This document shows, one piece after another, positions 63,740-64,000 of a stretch of DNA of 64,000 nt (positions within the stretch are counted from its first letter, which is position 1; every line of letters starts with the position of its first letter). The notes under the pieces are model-generated. The model did no database searches. It saw only the letters and a list, made by a program, of their open reading frames with translations, and was not told the DNA's origin. This stretch comes from Octopus sinensis. Lineage: Eukaryota. Location: positions 62,744,001 to 62,808,000 of the forward strand of contig NC_043001.1 in the NCBI RefSeq assembly GCF_006345805.1, given 5' to 3'. The position numbers and the translations under genes are program-made.

Positions 63740-64000
63740 ATCTTGCCCATGCTATTTATATATATGGAGAGAAGTGTGTTTGCATGGAAGATGGTTCACT
63801 TGCGCTAAATGAGGATGCAAAGAGAGAGGTTTGGAGACGCCACTATGAAAGGTTGCTGAATAAAGAAAATGAATGAGATAAAGAGAGTCTGCCGAATGTT
63901 GACCCAACATTTATCTGAGTTGACAGTTCCTTGGTAGTTAAGGCAATTAGAAGCATGAAGACAGGGAAAGCCCCAGGCCCATCAGGAATCACTGCAGAGA
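63740..64000 (+). mobile_element. RTE LINE fragment (pre-RT region), runs off the window
   Basis: EKCVCMEDGSLALNEDAKREVWRRHYERLLNKENE...MKTGKAPGPSGITAE; matches 25490-25730 and 47400-47570. Confidence 0.9.

Overview
Repeat-dominated (mostly transposon-derived), AT-rich eukaryotic window. It looks like a coleoid cephalopod (Octopus-like) intergenic or intronic region; this is inferred from the SINE and RTE families and the (TA)n/(TACA)n content, not shown directly. No intact host gene, rRNA, tRNA or CRISPR array is supported. Most ORF-track entries are microsatellite artefacts or decayed TE fragments. Contents: about 10 copies of one RTE LINE family with a (GAT)n tail and a PHD-type zinc finger inserted inside the reverse transcriptase; BovB-like RTEs; CR1-like LINEs, including a near-complete copy with a CCCH-finger ORF1 at 54.3-57.0 kb; Penelope-like elements (one split by nested insertions, one with an inverted pseudo-LTR); Tc1, mariner, DD37D-type and Tigger transposase relics; a Merlin/IS1016-like element with long TIRs; several MITEs; tRNA-derived SINEs; and a cluster of modular non-autonomous Helitron-like elements forming a ~1.8 kb inverted pair. 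There are two 100-N assembly gaps. Two exon-like segments near 16.2 and 17.2 kb are the only host-gene candidates, and they are weak. All coordinates and alignments were made by eye and are approximate (tens of bp); family names come from motif recognition, not database searches.
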